This document shows positions 19,819 to 28,397 of a stretch of DNA of 32,000 nt, piece by piece. The translations under genes were made by a program, and so were the position numbers. The notes under the pieces were generated by a model. It saw nothing but the letters and a program-made list of their open reading frames with translations, was not told the DNA's origin and searched no databases. Source of the stretch: Aliivibrio fischeri ES114 (GTDB lineage Bacteria > Pseudomonadota > Gammaproteobacteria > Enterobacterales > Vibrionaceae). Each line of letters starts with the position of its first letter. Position 1 is the first letter of the stretch. The stretch lies in assembly GCF_000011805.1 (NCBI RefSeq), contig NC_006841.2. The stretch is one strand, 5' to 3'.

Positions 19819-20880
19819 ATGAGTGAGCAAATTCTCACACTATCGCAACTAGGCTGGCGACCTTATTTTCAACAACAACTGACTTTCGAAGATTTAACTG
19901 ATTTTCAGGTTGGTCGAATTATTGAACAGCATCGAAGCAATGTGATTGTTTTGAGTGAGCAAGGCCAAGTGAGTTTATTACCACCATCTGGTGATGAGCG
20001 TGTTTGTGTGGGTGATTGGGTACTATTTGATGAAGACCTACGAATTCAGCGTGTACTAGATAGACAGTCATTGTTTGATCGTAAAGCACCGGGTTCTAAA
20101 GTCGCATCACAGCTGATTGCTGCGAATGTTGATAGTGTCATGATCGTATGTTCTCTGAATAACGATTTCAATTTGAGCCGTATTGAGCGTTATCTTGCTA
20201 TTGCAAAAGAAGCTGAAGTAGAGCCTGTGGTTGTTCTGACTAAAGCTGATTTATGCGACGATGCTGATGATAAACAAGATCAAGTGCAAAAACTGAATCG
20301 TATGATGAGCGTATACAGTGTGAATGCGCTAGATGCGAAAGAGCTAACAGCGTTACATAGTTATTGTAAAAATGGTCAGACTATCGCTTTCTTAGGTTCA
20401 TCTGGTGTTGGTAAATCAACATTAGTTAATGGATTGCTTGGATTTGAAGCTCAAGAAACGGGCGAAATCCGTGAAGATGACAGCAAAGGTAGACATACAA
20501 CAACACACCGAGCTCTTAAGCTAATGCCACAAGGCGGTTTGTTAATGGATACTCCTGGAATGCGCGAATTGCAACTAGCAGATTGCGAGCAAGGTGTGAA
20601 TGCTACATTTAGTGAGATTACAGATCTTGCGCTAACGTGTCGTTTTAGTGACTGTTCACACACCAAAGAGCCGGGTTGTGCTGTACTAAAAGCGGTTGAT
20701 TCTGGTGAGCTAGATGAGCGTCGTTTGGTGAGCTACCAAAAGCTAATGCGTGAGCAAGCTATTAATGGTGCAAGCCTAGCTGAACAACGCGCAAAGGATA
20801 AAGCCTTTGGTAAAATGGTACATGGTGCTATTGCTGAAGCTCGTAGCCGTAAAAAAGGGTATGAGACAAGCGCTTATTAA
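19819..20880 (+). CDS. rsgA: Ribosome small-subunit-dependent GTPase A (RsgA/YjeQ family)
   Basis: Circularly permuted GTPase motifs: VVVLTKADL (G4), FLGSSGVGKSTLVNGLLG (G1), DTPGMREL (G3), Zn motif CRFSDCSHTKEPGCAV. SD GGAG before ATG 19819. The track start is 19762. Confidence 0.93.
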   Translation: MSEQILTLSQLGWRPYFQQQLTFEDLTDFQVGRIIEQHRSNVIVLSEQGQVSLLPPSGDERVCVGDWVLFDEDLRIQRVLDRQSLFDRKAPGSKVASQLIAANVDSVMIVCSLNNDFNLSRIERYLAIAKEAEVEPVVVLTKADLCDDADDKQDQVQKLNRMMSVYSVNALDAKELTALHSYCKNGQTIAFLGSSGVGKSTLVNGLLGFEAQETGEIREDDSKGRHTTTHRALKLMPQGGLLMDTPGMRELQLADCEQGVNATFSEITDLALTCRFSDCSHTKEPGCAVLKAVDSGELDERRLVSYQKLMREQAINGASLAEQRAKDKAFGKMVHGAIAEARSRKKGYETSAY

Positions 20881-20900
20881 TATACAAAGATAACTTATAA

Positions 20901-20937
20901 AACCGCCTTTATTATTTTGAATAAAGGCGGTTTTTTG
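20901..20937 (+). terminator. Rho-independent terminator
   Basis: AACCGCCTTTATT ... AATAAAGGCGGTT followed by TTTT. Confidence 0.85.
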
Positions 20938-21109
20938 CTATCTGGCTATACAACTATTATATATTTATCTATATGACGTGAATTGAAGGCATTCTTAAAA
21001 ATATTAATTATGTAATCTAGGTGACACCTTGCATGAAGATGGGAGTGGTGTTCTACGTTTTTTAACTGAATAATAGTGGAATGTGTGAATTTAAGAGGGA
21101 ATTAATTAG

Positions 21110-21634
21110 ATGAATAATAAACATATAGGTGAGTTAGTATTAAGTACTGAACAGATAAAAGCTGGTGTTAGGTTAGTTGCTGATAAATTAAATCAACAAT
21201 TTGCAGGTGAGGAGATCATTATAGTATCTATGGTTCCCGGTGGGATTCTTTTTAGTGCGGATCTTGTAAGGGAACTGACGTTAGATATTAAAATGGATTA
21301 TGTTTCATGCCCACATACACCAGGCGATAGTAACAACAGTTCAAATATTGTATACCACCAAAATATACCTATCAAAGAAAAGCATGTTGTACTGGTTGAT
21401 GATGCTATTGAATCAGGAGGTACAATGAAGCGAGTCGCTAGGTATATGGCTGAAGAATTCGGCGTTAAATCACTTTCTATTGCGACGTTATTTGTAAAAC
21501 CGGGTCGAGTTGATATTCCATACCCTCAATATTTTGCTTATGAGATGGAGAATGATGATATGTTGGTTGGCTATGGATTGCCTTGGCAGGATAAACACCG
21601 TAACATTCCGTTTGTTTCGAAACTAATAAAGTAG
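21110..21634 (+). CDS. Phosphoribosyltransferase (hypoxanthine PRTase-like)
   Basis: PRPP-loop-like HVVLVDDAIESGGTMKRVARYM. VSMVPGGILFSADLVREL and VGYGLPWQDKHRNIPFV are typical of Hpt-like enzymes. Confidence 0.85.
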   Translation: MNNKHIGELVLSTEQIKAGVRLVADKLNQQFAGEEIIIVSMVPGGILFSADLVRELTLDIKMDYVSCPHTPGDSNNSSNIVYHQNIPIKEKHVVLVDDAIESGGTMKRVARYMAEEFGVKSLSIATLFVKPGRVDIPYPQYFAYEMENDDMLVGYGLPWQDKHRNIPFVSKLIK

Positions 21635-21693
21635 TGTGAGTTTTAGAGCTCCTATTTTAAAAGAATCAATATAGTCCATTAAGAGAATAAGTT

Positions 21694-21945
21694 ATGAACA
21701 ACGATGCAGACATCATCACAAACCTAGAAGATCTAGAAACGTTTTTAATCTCAATTGAAAATGGTGGTTTTGGCTTAACAAATGTTGCCGGTATTGCATT
21801 AGCAACAAGCAATAAAGATGGTCGCCGTTTTGTTGCCGTATTGGATGATAAGCACCAGCTTTTATTGTCTCGTTGGGTAACAGAGGAAGTGTTTCAAACG
21901 GGGCAAGATTTAGTGCGTAACGGTCCAAGCCGAACAACACATTAA
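21694..21945 (+). CDS. Hypothetical protein (83 aa)
   Basis: Open frame of coherent, soluble-looking composition, MNNDADIITNLEDLETFLISIENGGFGLTNVAGIALATSNKDG... No family recognised. Confidence 0.5.
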   Translation: MNNDADIITNLEDLETFLISIENGGFGLTNVAGIALATSNKDGRRFVAVLDDKHQLLLSRWVTEEVFQTGQDLVRNGPSRTTH

Positions 21946-22001
21946 TTATTGTTCTGAGTTCTATTGTTTCTAACTAGGAAAACTGATTTATAAAGTAATG
22001 G

Positions 22002-22154
22002 TTAGGAACAATAGAAAGTAATGATGGCGCATATGAAGAAAACAAACACTATTGCTTCAATCAGCCACTCTTTGTCATCCCAGCCTAATAGTTTTATCTC
22101 TGCTTTCGTTAGTTTGATTTCCAAGTCTTCAAAATCATCATTTAAATCGCACAT
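22002..22154 (-). CDS. Small single-TM protein, paralog of the 24956..25159 product
   Basis: My translation: MCDLNDDFEDLEIKLTKAEIKLLGWDDKEWLIEAIVFVFFICAIITFYCS (50 aa). AGGA ~6 nt upstream of ATG. Aligns with MCDDLDDYFKDLEIELDQKELKDLGWNKRKW...LVFVFLIS. Absent from the ORF track. Confidence 0.7.
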   Translation of the reverse strand: MCDLNDDFEDLEIKLTKAEIKLLGWDDKEWLIEAIVFVFFICAIITFYCS

Positions 22155-22256
22155 AGCCATTCCTTTTTATGTCTGAAATTTAAAGTGATCTTATCGCTCC
22201 TTTTGGTTTAGAAAAATTGAATAATTTAAAACCAGTATTTAATTAAATTAAACAAG

Positions 22257-22284
22257 AAAGAGGAGGTCGGTACCGCTCCTCTTT
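22257..22284. terminator. Stem-loop between two - strand small genes (possible terminator)
   Basis: AAAGAGGAG ... CTCCTCTTT inverted repeat with a short loop. No strong T-run. Confidence 0.45.
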
Positions 22285-22297
22285 GCTTATCTATTTA

Positions 22298-22528
22298 TTA
22301 TTTGATTGTATCCTTTCGATTCATGTACTTAGCGATAAAGTAAGGAGGAATTAAAAAGATTAAAAAATAGATGGATTCATGGATGAATATGGATGCTATT
22401 TTCTCTTCATGGTTTAAGTAAGCAAATAAAGCCGATATATCCAAAAGGATATAGAGTGTTGCTAATACACTTGAAATGATGAAAGCCAAGCCGAGAATAT
22501 CTCTTTGATAAGCTTTTGATATCGTCAT
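22298..22528 (-). CDS. Small two-TM membrane protein (76 aa), hypothetical
   Basis: AAGGA upstream of ATG 22528. Two hydrophobic helices (ILGLAFIISSVLATLYILLDISALFAYL; ESIYFLIFLIPPYFIAKYM). Confidence 0.6.
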   Translation of the reverse strand: MTISKAYQRDILGLAFIISSVLATLYILLDISALFAYLNHEEKIASIFIHESIYFLIFLIPPYFIAKYMNRKDTIK

Positions 22529-22844
22529 TTTTATTCCTTCAAAAATGTTAGGTACAAAATAACTTACGCCTAATCATCCGGTGATTTTTTGCGCTATATC
22601 AATAATTATTTTTTGTGTGTGGAAAGTAAGATTTACTATTTGATAATTAAAGAAAAATTGGATTATTGCTGTTAATTACGTTCTTTTATAGTGCTAATTA
22701 ATTGGTAATAATTAACAGTTAAGTAACTATTTTTATACAACCTATTGATAAGAAAGAGAAAGTTTGAGAATTATAAGTCAAAAGTCTGGTTTCATAATAT
22801 GAAAGTGGTAGCATGATCTGGTGTGTTATTTAAGGAATAGAAAA

Positions 22845-23030
22845 ATGGTCACCACCACTCCAACGCGTTTTAAAGTTAAAGTGAACACAAGCAAAGGAAG
22901 CTCTTATTGGACACTTAGTGGTTCTACAACCATTTTTGAAGAAGCTGTTGTTTTTACTATGGAATCCATGCCAGATTTCTTTCGACAGTCGCTTAATCAG
23001 GATTCTATTGAATTATTACCTGTTGAGTAA
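22845..23030 (+). CDS. Small hypothetical protein (61 aa)
   Basis: ATG 22845 with AGGA 8 nt upstream. MVTTTPTRFKVKVNTSKGSSYWTLSGSTTIFEEAVVFTMESMPDFFRQSLNQDSIELLPVE, followed by a strong terminator. Confidence 0.6.
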   Translation: MVTTTPTRFKVKVNTSKGSSYWTLSGSTTIFEEAVVFTMESMPDFFRQSLNQDSIELLPVE

Positions 23031-23064
23031 AAGAGAAAAAATGCAATTTGTAGTGCATGAGTAT

Positions 23065-23098
23065 AAAGGACAACGTTAATTTAGCGTTGTCCTTTTTA
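23065..23098 (+). terminator. Rho-independent terminator
   Basis: AAAGGACAACG ... CGTTGTCCTTT followed by TT. Confidence 0.8.
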
Positions 23099-23363
23099 TT
23101 TAATAACTATAAATAGCCATGTATATAGATTATTTATCTGCAATGGTGCGTTATTTTTAATTTATATGAGTGTAAATAACAATATTGTTAGTTATTAATA
23201 AATAAATTTAAGGGTTGGTTCTCATTCTGTTAAATAGAAAAAGTTGACACTTAAGTTTGGGACTTATGCATCAAATGGTGAAAGCTTCAGATGATATAAA
23301 GGCAAAAAATGCACCTACAAAAAGTAGGTGTTAATAATGTCATTATAATTCTGGAGTAGTAGT

Positions 23364-24878
23364 ATGCAAGACAATAATGCACGATTTCCCACGATAGCTA
23401 AGGTTTTGATCCTCAGACAATTTTTATGGGGTGCCGCTTTTTATGGTGCCTTTGTACTTCTCACTAAATTCTTTCTCGATGATCTTAATTATAGCGAAGC
23501 TGATACCATAATGATGATGGGGGCCTTTGGTGCCGTTGGCCCTGTATTTTCTGCCGTTGGTGGTTTTTTAGCTGATAAGTTTATAGGTGCATTTCGTGCT
23601 GTATATATAGGTTATGCCACTTATTTAGCCGGTTTTTTATTATTAGGTATTGGTGCGAGTCAACTTAATGTGCCTATGAGTATTCTGGCTATTGCCTTAA
23701 TTGGTTTTGCTCGTGGATTATCAGCAACATGCCCAACGGTTCTTTTTGGGAATTCATATTCAGAAACTAACCGCGAGGCTTTTCAACAAGGTCTTACTGT
23801 AAATTATTCAATTAACAATCTTGGTTCTTTTTCAGCTAAATATCTTTTTCCTTTTTTAATTGCTTACCTAGCTTATCAAGGCGTATTTTTTGTATCTGCT
23901 ATTTTAATGGCGCTAAATTTACTTATGTTTTATAAGTTCCGTAAAGAGCTAGTGAGTGTTGGTAATGATTTAGATAAAACGCCATTACCACTAAAAACTT
24001 GGGTTATGTTTTTTGCTGGTTCAGCTGCAATGCTAGGTCTAATATTTTGGATATTTTCAAACCTTGAAACGGGTAAATACATTCTTTATACCTTGGGCTT
24101 TGGTGCGATTGGTTATTTTATTTATGAGATAACTCAAGCTACACGCGCATATCAATACAAAATGGTGGCAGTATTAATTACGGTTTGTATTCTTATTGTG
24201 TTCTATTTCTTTTATGGCCAAATGTTTACCTCAATGAACATGTACGCCATTAATTTAATGGATGATACGCTACTTGGTTTTATTCCTATCCATCCTGAAT
24301 CGAATATGGCATTTAACCCTCTATGGTGTTTTGTTCTTGGTGGGCCAATGATTCAACTTTATGCATGGTTAGATCGTAAAGGATATTCGCCAACAATTCC
24401 GACCAAAATTGCGGGTGCATTCATGCTAAGTACCATTGCTTTTGGGTTATTAGGACTTTCTGCAGGATCAATTGGTGAGAATGGTAAAATATCAGCAGAT
24501 TGGATATTACTGGTTCACTTTTTTCAATCAGGGGCTGAGCTTATTGTTGGTGCTTTGGGGGCTGGGTTTATTTTTGAAATGGTGCCACGTTACCTTGCTG
24601 CATTTTCAATTGGTTTACGCGCGGTTGCGATTTCATTAAGTGGTATTTTAGCGGCAGTTATTGCGACTAAAATTGCGTTACCAAAAGACATTGTGTTTAC
24701 ACCAGAAGTGGTTGAAACCGTGTATACCAGTTACTTTTATATGCTAGCGCAAGTTGCGGCATTTATGGCGATTTTAACTTTAGGATTATCTAAAGTGATT
24801 CAAAAGTTAATTGCTCGAGGTGAAGCGTTAGAAGCAGAAGAAAAAGTAGACACAACAATGAGATCAAATATCGGTTGA
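23364..24878 (+). CDS. POT/PTR-like MFS transporter
   Basis: About 12-14 hydrophobic segments. ILRQFLWGAAFYGAFVLLTKFFLDDLNYSEADT and GFLADKFIGAFRAVYIGY resemble proton-dependent oligopeptide transporters. SD GGAG. Confidence 0.75.
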   Translation: MQDNNARFPTIAKVLILRQFLWGAAFYGAFVLLTKFFLDDLNYSEADTIMMMGAFGAVGPVFSAVGGFLADKFIGAFRAVYIGYATYLAGFLLLGIGASQLNVPMSILAIALIGFARGLSATCPTVLFGNSYSETNREAFQQGLTVNYSINNLGSFSAKYLFPFLIAYLAYQGVFFVSAILMALNLLMFYKFRKELVSVGNDLDKTPLPLKTWVMFFAGSAAMLGLIFWIFSNLETGKYILYTLGFGAIGYFIYEITQATRAYQYKMVAVLITVCILIVFYFFYGQMFTSMNMYAINLMDDTLLGFIPIHPESNMAFNPLWCFVLGGPMIQLYAWLDRKGYSPTIPTKIAGAFMLSTIAFGLLGLSAGSIGENGKISADWILLVHFFQSGAELIVGALGAGFIFEMVPRYLAAFSIGLRAVAISLSGILAAVIATKIALPKDIVFTPEVVETVYTSYFYMLAQVAAFMAILTLGLSKVIQKLIARGEALEAEEKVDTTMRSNIG

Positions 24879-24955
24879 TATAAAGTAGTAAGATGAGCAA
24901 AAGAAATAAGAAAAGAGCGAATAGCTCTTTTCTTATTCTGTTTGGTGGGAAAGAG

Positions 24956-25159
24956 TCAAATTATACCGCCATGTTGAAGTTCATCGGAAAAGGAAAAAAA
25001 GAGATAAGCTCCACTGGAAATCAAGAAAACAAAAACAAGCTCTTCAAAAGTCCAAGTTTTTATATTCCATTTTCTTTTATTCCACCCCAGATCCTTTAAT
25101 TCTTTTTGATCTAATTCTATCTCTAGATCCTTAAAGTAGTCATCTAAATCGTCACACAT
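24956..25159 (-). CDS. Small single-TM protein, paralog of the 22002..22154 product
   Basis: Very strong SD (AGGAGGG) upstream of ATG 25159. Product MCDDLDDYFKDLEIELDQKELKDLGWNKRKWNIKTWTFEELVFVFLISSGAYLFFSFSDELQHGGII. Confidence 0.8.
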   Translation of the reverse strand: MCDDLDDYFKDLEIELDQKELKDLGWNKRKWNIKTWTFEELVFVFLISSGAYLFFSFSDELQHGGII

Positions 25160-25485
25160 ACGTAGCCCTCCTAGAACGTAACTATTCAGCTTGATCTAGA
25201 CTACGCCAATTATCTCATTTGCATAGCTGATATAAATTACAGTAATTAATAATATTAGTTATGTATCAGTTAAAATCGACCGATATAAGCTTTACCAATT
25301 AAGTTTGTGTCTTTTTTAGATAAATGGTGATTAATGTGCGTGAGCGTATCTGCTTTCACCTCACTTAATTTTCCTTTTATTGGTAATAAATTTGAGCCAT
25401 GCGTACTATCAATCATGCAGTATTATGTTAGTTTTCAACGACAATTAGCCGCCAATACGACGGCTAATAATGGAGTAATTGAATG

Positions 25486-26298
25486 TTATTTAGATAGTTC
25501 AGCGGCTGTATCAACAAAAATACCTTGGATATCTTTTGCTTCGCGCTCTGTTTGTCCGCCATGTTTTAAAAATGCAGAGATAATAGCGGCTGTTTTTTGC
25601 TCTTTAGCACGCTCTAAAAAGTAACGTAACTCTAATTCTGCACCCGCGTCTTCATCTTTAATTGATGCCGCAATGATCTTTTTGTACATCACAATATCAC
25701 GCACTTCTAATGTGCTAATCACACCTAAAGTCATGGCTAAAAAGTTATCCATTTCCGCTTTAGGAACAAATTGAGTAATGATATTTAAGTTTTCAGCTTG
25801 TTGTGCTGTGAAATCGTTACCCAATAGAAGAGCTTGTAATGCTTTGTTTTTACCCATTCTTCTTGCGAACTGAACCGCACCTTGTCCACCAGTAGGGATG
25901 TTTACGTGAACTTCTGGTTGAGCAAATGCTGCATTCTCGGTGCCATAAGCAAGATCACACGCCATAACAAACTCATTACCGCCCCCACGAGCCACACCAT
26001 CAACTAAAGCAACAGAGACTTGTTTCATTGCTTTGATGTTCATGATCATGTGGTTGAACTCAATAGACGCTGCTTGACCGCCTTGCGTACCGTTGATCAC
26101 GTTTAGATCAAGATGCGCTAAAAAGAAGGTTTCATGCAATGATTTAAACACCACAACTTTAGTATCTCTGTCATCTTTTAAAGAAAGTACATACTCATTA
26201 ATTTCGTTAATTAGATTAATGGTTAATACATTCACTGGTGGGTTATTGATAGCTACTGTTGCGATGCCATTTTGGTTAGTGATTGATAATGTTTTCAT
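25486..26298 (-). CDS. Enoyl-CoA hydratase/isomerase family protein
   Basis: NPPVNVL, VDGVARGGGNEFVMACDLAYGTENAAFAQPEV are crotonase-fold motifs. Confidence 0.88.
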   Translation of the reverse strand: MKTLSITNQNGIATVAINNPPVNVLTINLINEINEYVLSLKDDRDTKVVVFKSLHETFFLAHLDLNVINGTQGGQAASIEFNHMIMNIKAMKQVSVALVDGVARGGGNEFVMACDLAYGTENAAFAQPEVHVNIPTGGQGAVQFARRMGKNKALQALLLGNDFTAQQAENLNIITQFVPKAEMDNFLAMTLGVISTLEVRDIVMYKKIIAASIKDEDAGAELELRYFLERAKEQKTAAIISAFLKHGGQTEREAKDIQGIFVDTAAELSK

Positions 26299-26477
26299 AA
26301 TGTACTTCCTCTAAATCGCCTATCGGCTAGTTTAAATATGGTTACGTTGAGAGAGTGTCCTCTGCGTCAGTGAGGTAACTATAAGCAATCCATTAGATGA
26401 GAAAAATACTAATAAAGACACAATATTGATGCTAAAATTGCACCAATGCTGTTTTTATTTATTCTCGTGAGGCTCAA

Positions 26478-27428
26478 ATGGATTTTTCTAATCGCTTACT
26501 TTTATTGTTAGAGGTCACTGAACTTGGCTCTTTTACTAATGTTGCAGAGCAAAAGAATCTTGATCGCTCAGTCATTTCAAAGCAGATAAGTCGTTTAGAA
26601 GAAGAGTTAGGGGTTCGCTTACTTAACCGCACCACGCGCTCGTTATCATTAACCGCTGCGGGTAATGAGATGGTCAACCAAGCAAAGCTATTGCGTGATT
26701 TGCTTAATAACACTCACCGTTTAGCGCAAAACTATCATTCTGAACCAAGAGGGATATTACGAATTACCAGTTCAATGATGTTTGGACGACAGTACGTTCA
26801 AGATGCAATCTCGGTTTTTCAGAAGCAATATCCAGATGTGAAGTGCGAGCTGAGATTAGAAGATAGAGTGGTGGATATTGTGCAAGAAGGCTTTGATATT
26901 GGTTTTCGTATTGGCAGACCAAAGAACTCCAGTTTGATCTCACGTAAAATTGCTCGAAGCCGTTTGTTAATTGTCGCGTCGCCTGATTTTATTCAACAGC
27001 ATGGGAAAATAGAGACGATTGAAAAGCTAGAATCTCTACCCGCGACGATTTATGCAGCTCCCGGTTTATTTATTGATAAATTTACTTATCTTGATGAAAA
27101 CAAGGTTGAACAACAGTTTCATTTGAATGTCGCGTATAAAGTGAATGATGTTGAAATGGTAGTAAAAAGTGCGGTAGCGGGTAATACGCTTGCAGTAGTC
27201 ACAGCCCAAATGATTGAAAACGAAATTATTGAAGGAAAGCTTATCCCAATAATGACGCATTTGAATCTTGAAGATTTTGGAACTTTTTTTGCTGTATACC
27301 CACATCGAGATGCCCCCATCAAAACCAAGTTATTTATTGATGTTTTAAAATCGATTATTGGAGAGGACTCTCCGATGTGGGAGAAAAATATACCAGATTT
27401 CGCCAAATTGTACGGTGGTACGAAGTAG
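26478..27428 (+). CDS. LysR family transcriptional regulator
   Basis: N-terminal wHTH RLLLLLEVTELGSFTNVAEQKNLDRSVISKQISRLEEELGVRLLNRTTRSLSLTAAG. Divergent from the hydratase gene. Confidence 0.95.
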   Translation: MDFSNRLLLLLEVTELGSFTNVAEQKNLDRSVISKQISRLEEELGVRLLNRTTRSLSLTAAGNEMVNQAKLLRDLLNNTHRLAQNYHSEPRGILRITSSMMFGRQYVQDAISVFQKQYPDVKCELRLEDRVVDIVQEGFDIGFRIGRPKNSSLISRKIARSRLLIVASPDFIQQHGKIETIEKLESLPATIYAAPGLFIDKFTYLDENKVEQQFHLNVAYKVNDVEMVVKSAVAGNTLAVVTAQMIENEIIEGKLIPIMTHLNLEDFGTFFAVYPHRDAPIKTKLFIDVLKSIIGEDSPMWEKNIPDFAKLYGGTK

Positions 27429-27454
27429 TTTGTCGGTTTAGCTTTGAGCTGTTT

Positions 27455-27877
27455 TTAAGCGTTAAGGTTTCTCGCCATCTTCTCTGCAATACGCTTAAAT
27501 TCAGCGATCTCTTCATCAGAGAGATCCATCGACATCTTTTCAAACATACTTTTATCAATCCCCGAGATTTTTTTCATAATCTCTTTGCCACCTTCAGTGA
27601 TACGAAGGCATTGGCTTCGCTTATCTTCAGGATTAGGCTCTTTAATGATGAGTTCTTGTGTTAATAAAGAGCTTAAAAGGCGTGTGACTTGAGCTTTATC
27701 TCTATGTAAATAATTAGCAATATCAATGGCTGTACAATGTGGTTTGTGGTTAATGATCTTGATAACACGCACATGCATAGGAGTGATCCCAAGCGCTAAT
27801 TCTTCAATTTGGTCATGTAAATTACGCTTTAATGTATGCACGAGCGTGAACAAACTCTCTAACGATTTTCTTTCTGA
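27455..27877 (-). CDS. MarR family transcriptional regulator
   Basis: KPHCTAIDIANYLHRDKAQVTRLLSSLLTQELIIKEPNPEDKRSQCLRITEGGKE. The track start is 27916. Confidence 0.9.
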   Translation of the reverse strand, partial: SERKSLESLFTLVHTLKRNLHDQIEELALGITPMHVRVIKIINHKPHCTAIDIANYLHRDKAQVTRLLSSLLTQELIIKEPNPEDKRSQCLRITEGGKEIMKKISGIDKSMFEKMSMDLSDEEIAEFKRIAEKMARNLNA

Positions 27878-28027
27878 CATTAAACTCTCACCATGAAAAG
27901 TGGTTGACATTATCAACTAAAAATATATAGTTGATATTATCAACTTAATTGAGCGTTCTTTCAAGAGGAAGCTCAAATCAGTTTGTTGTTATTTACGACA
28001 CAATTCAGATTATTAGAAGGTAGAACT

Positions 28028-28330
28028 ATGATCCCTAAAATTAGAAAAGATAAGTGTTACCGAGTGACAATTGAAGAGATAACACCAGAGCAAGAAGTGG
28101 CTCAAACATTAGCATTTGAATTTCAAGATCGTGAAGATGTATTTAATATCGTGAACAACCTAAAGCAAAAAAGTGGTTTAGAGCCAGAAGTAGCAACCAG
28201 AGTAGGTGTTGCATTGCGTTTATTGGGTCCTGTGATGATGGCAAATCGTAAACATGAATTGTTTGCTGACTTTATGCCGCACTTTAAAACCTTTATGCAG
28301 AATTTGAAGAGTAAAGTGAAAGGCAAATAA
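28028..28330 (+). CDS. DUF3861-like protein
   Basis: CYRVTIEEITPEQE...LAFEFQDREDVFNIVNNLKQKSGLEPEVATRVGVALRLLGPVMMANRKHELFADFMPHFKTFMQNLK matches the family pattern as I recall it. Start with GAAGG upstream. Confidence 0.75.
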   Translation: MIPKIRKDKCYRVTIEEITPEQEVAQTLAFEFQDREDVFNIVNNLKQKSGLEPEVATRVGVALRLLGPVMMANRKHELFADFMPHFKTFMQNLKSKVKGK

Positions 28331-28363
28331 GAAAGTAATGCTTTAAGAGCATATTGAAAATCT

Positions 28364-28396
28364 AAAGCCGAGTGAGATATACACTCGGCTTTTTTG
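28364..28396. terminator. Rho-independent terminator
   Basis: AAAGCCGAGTG-agatata-CACTCGGCTTT followed by TTTT on +. On the - strand it is preceded by A and followed by T-poor sequence, so mainly + strand. Confidence 0.8.
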
Positions 28397-28397
28397 C

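Noticed and set aside
24893-25099. ORF 24893..25099(+)
   Set aside because: Overlaps the - strand small gene, which has a strong SD and a paralog in the window. The + strand product has no support.
25334-25624. ORF 25334..25624(+)
   Set aside because: Cysteine-rich shadow frame overlapping the 3' end of the enoyl-CoA hydratase gene, no supporting signals.
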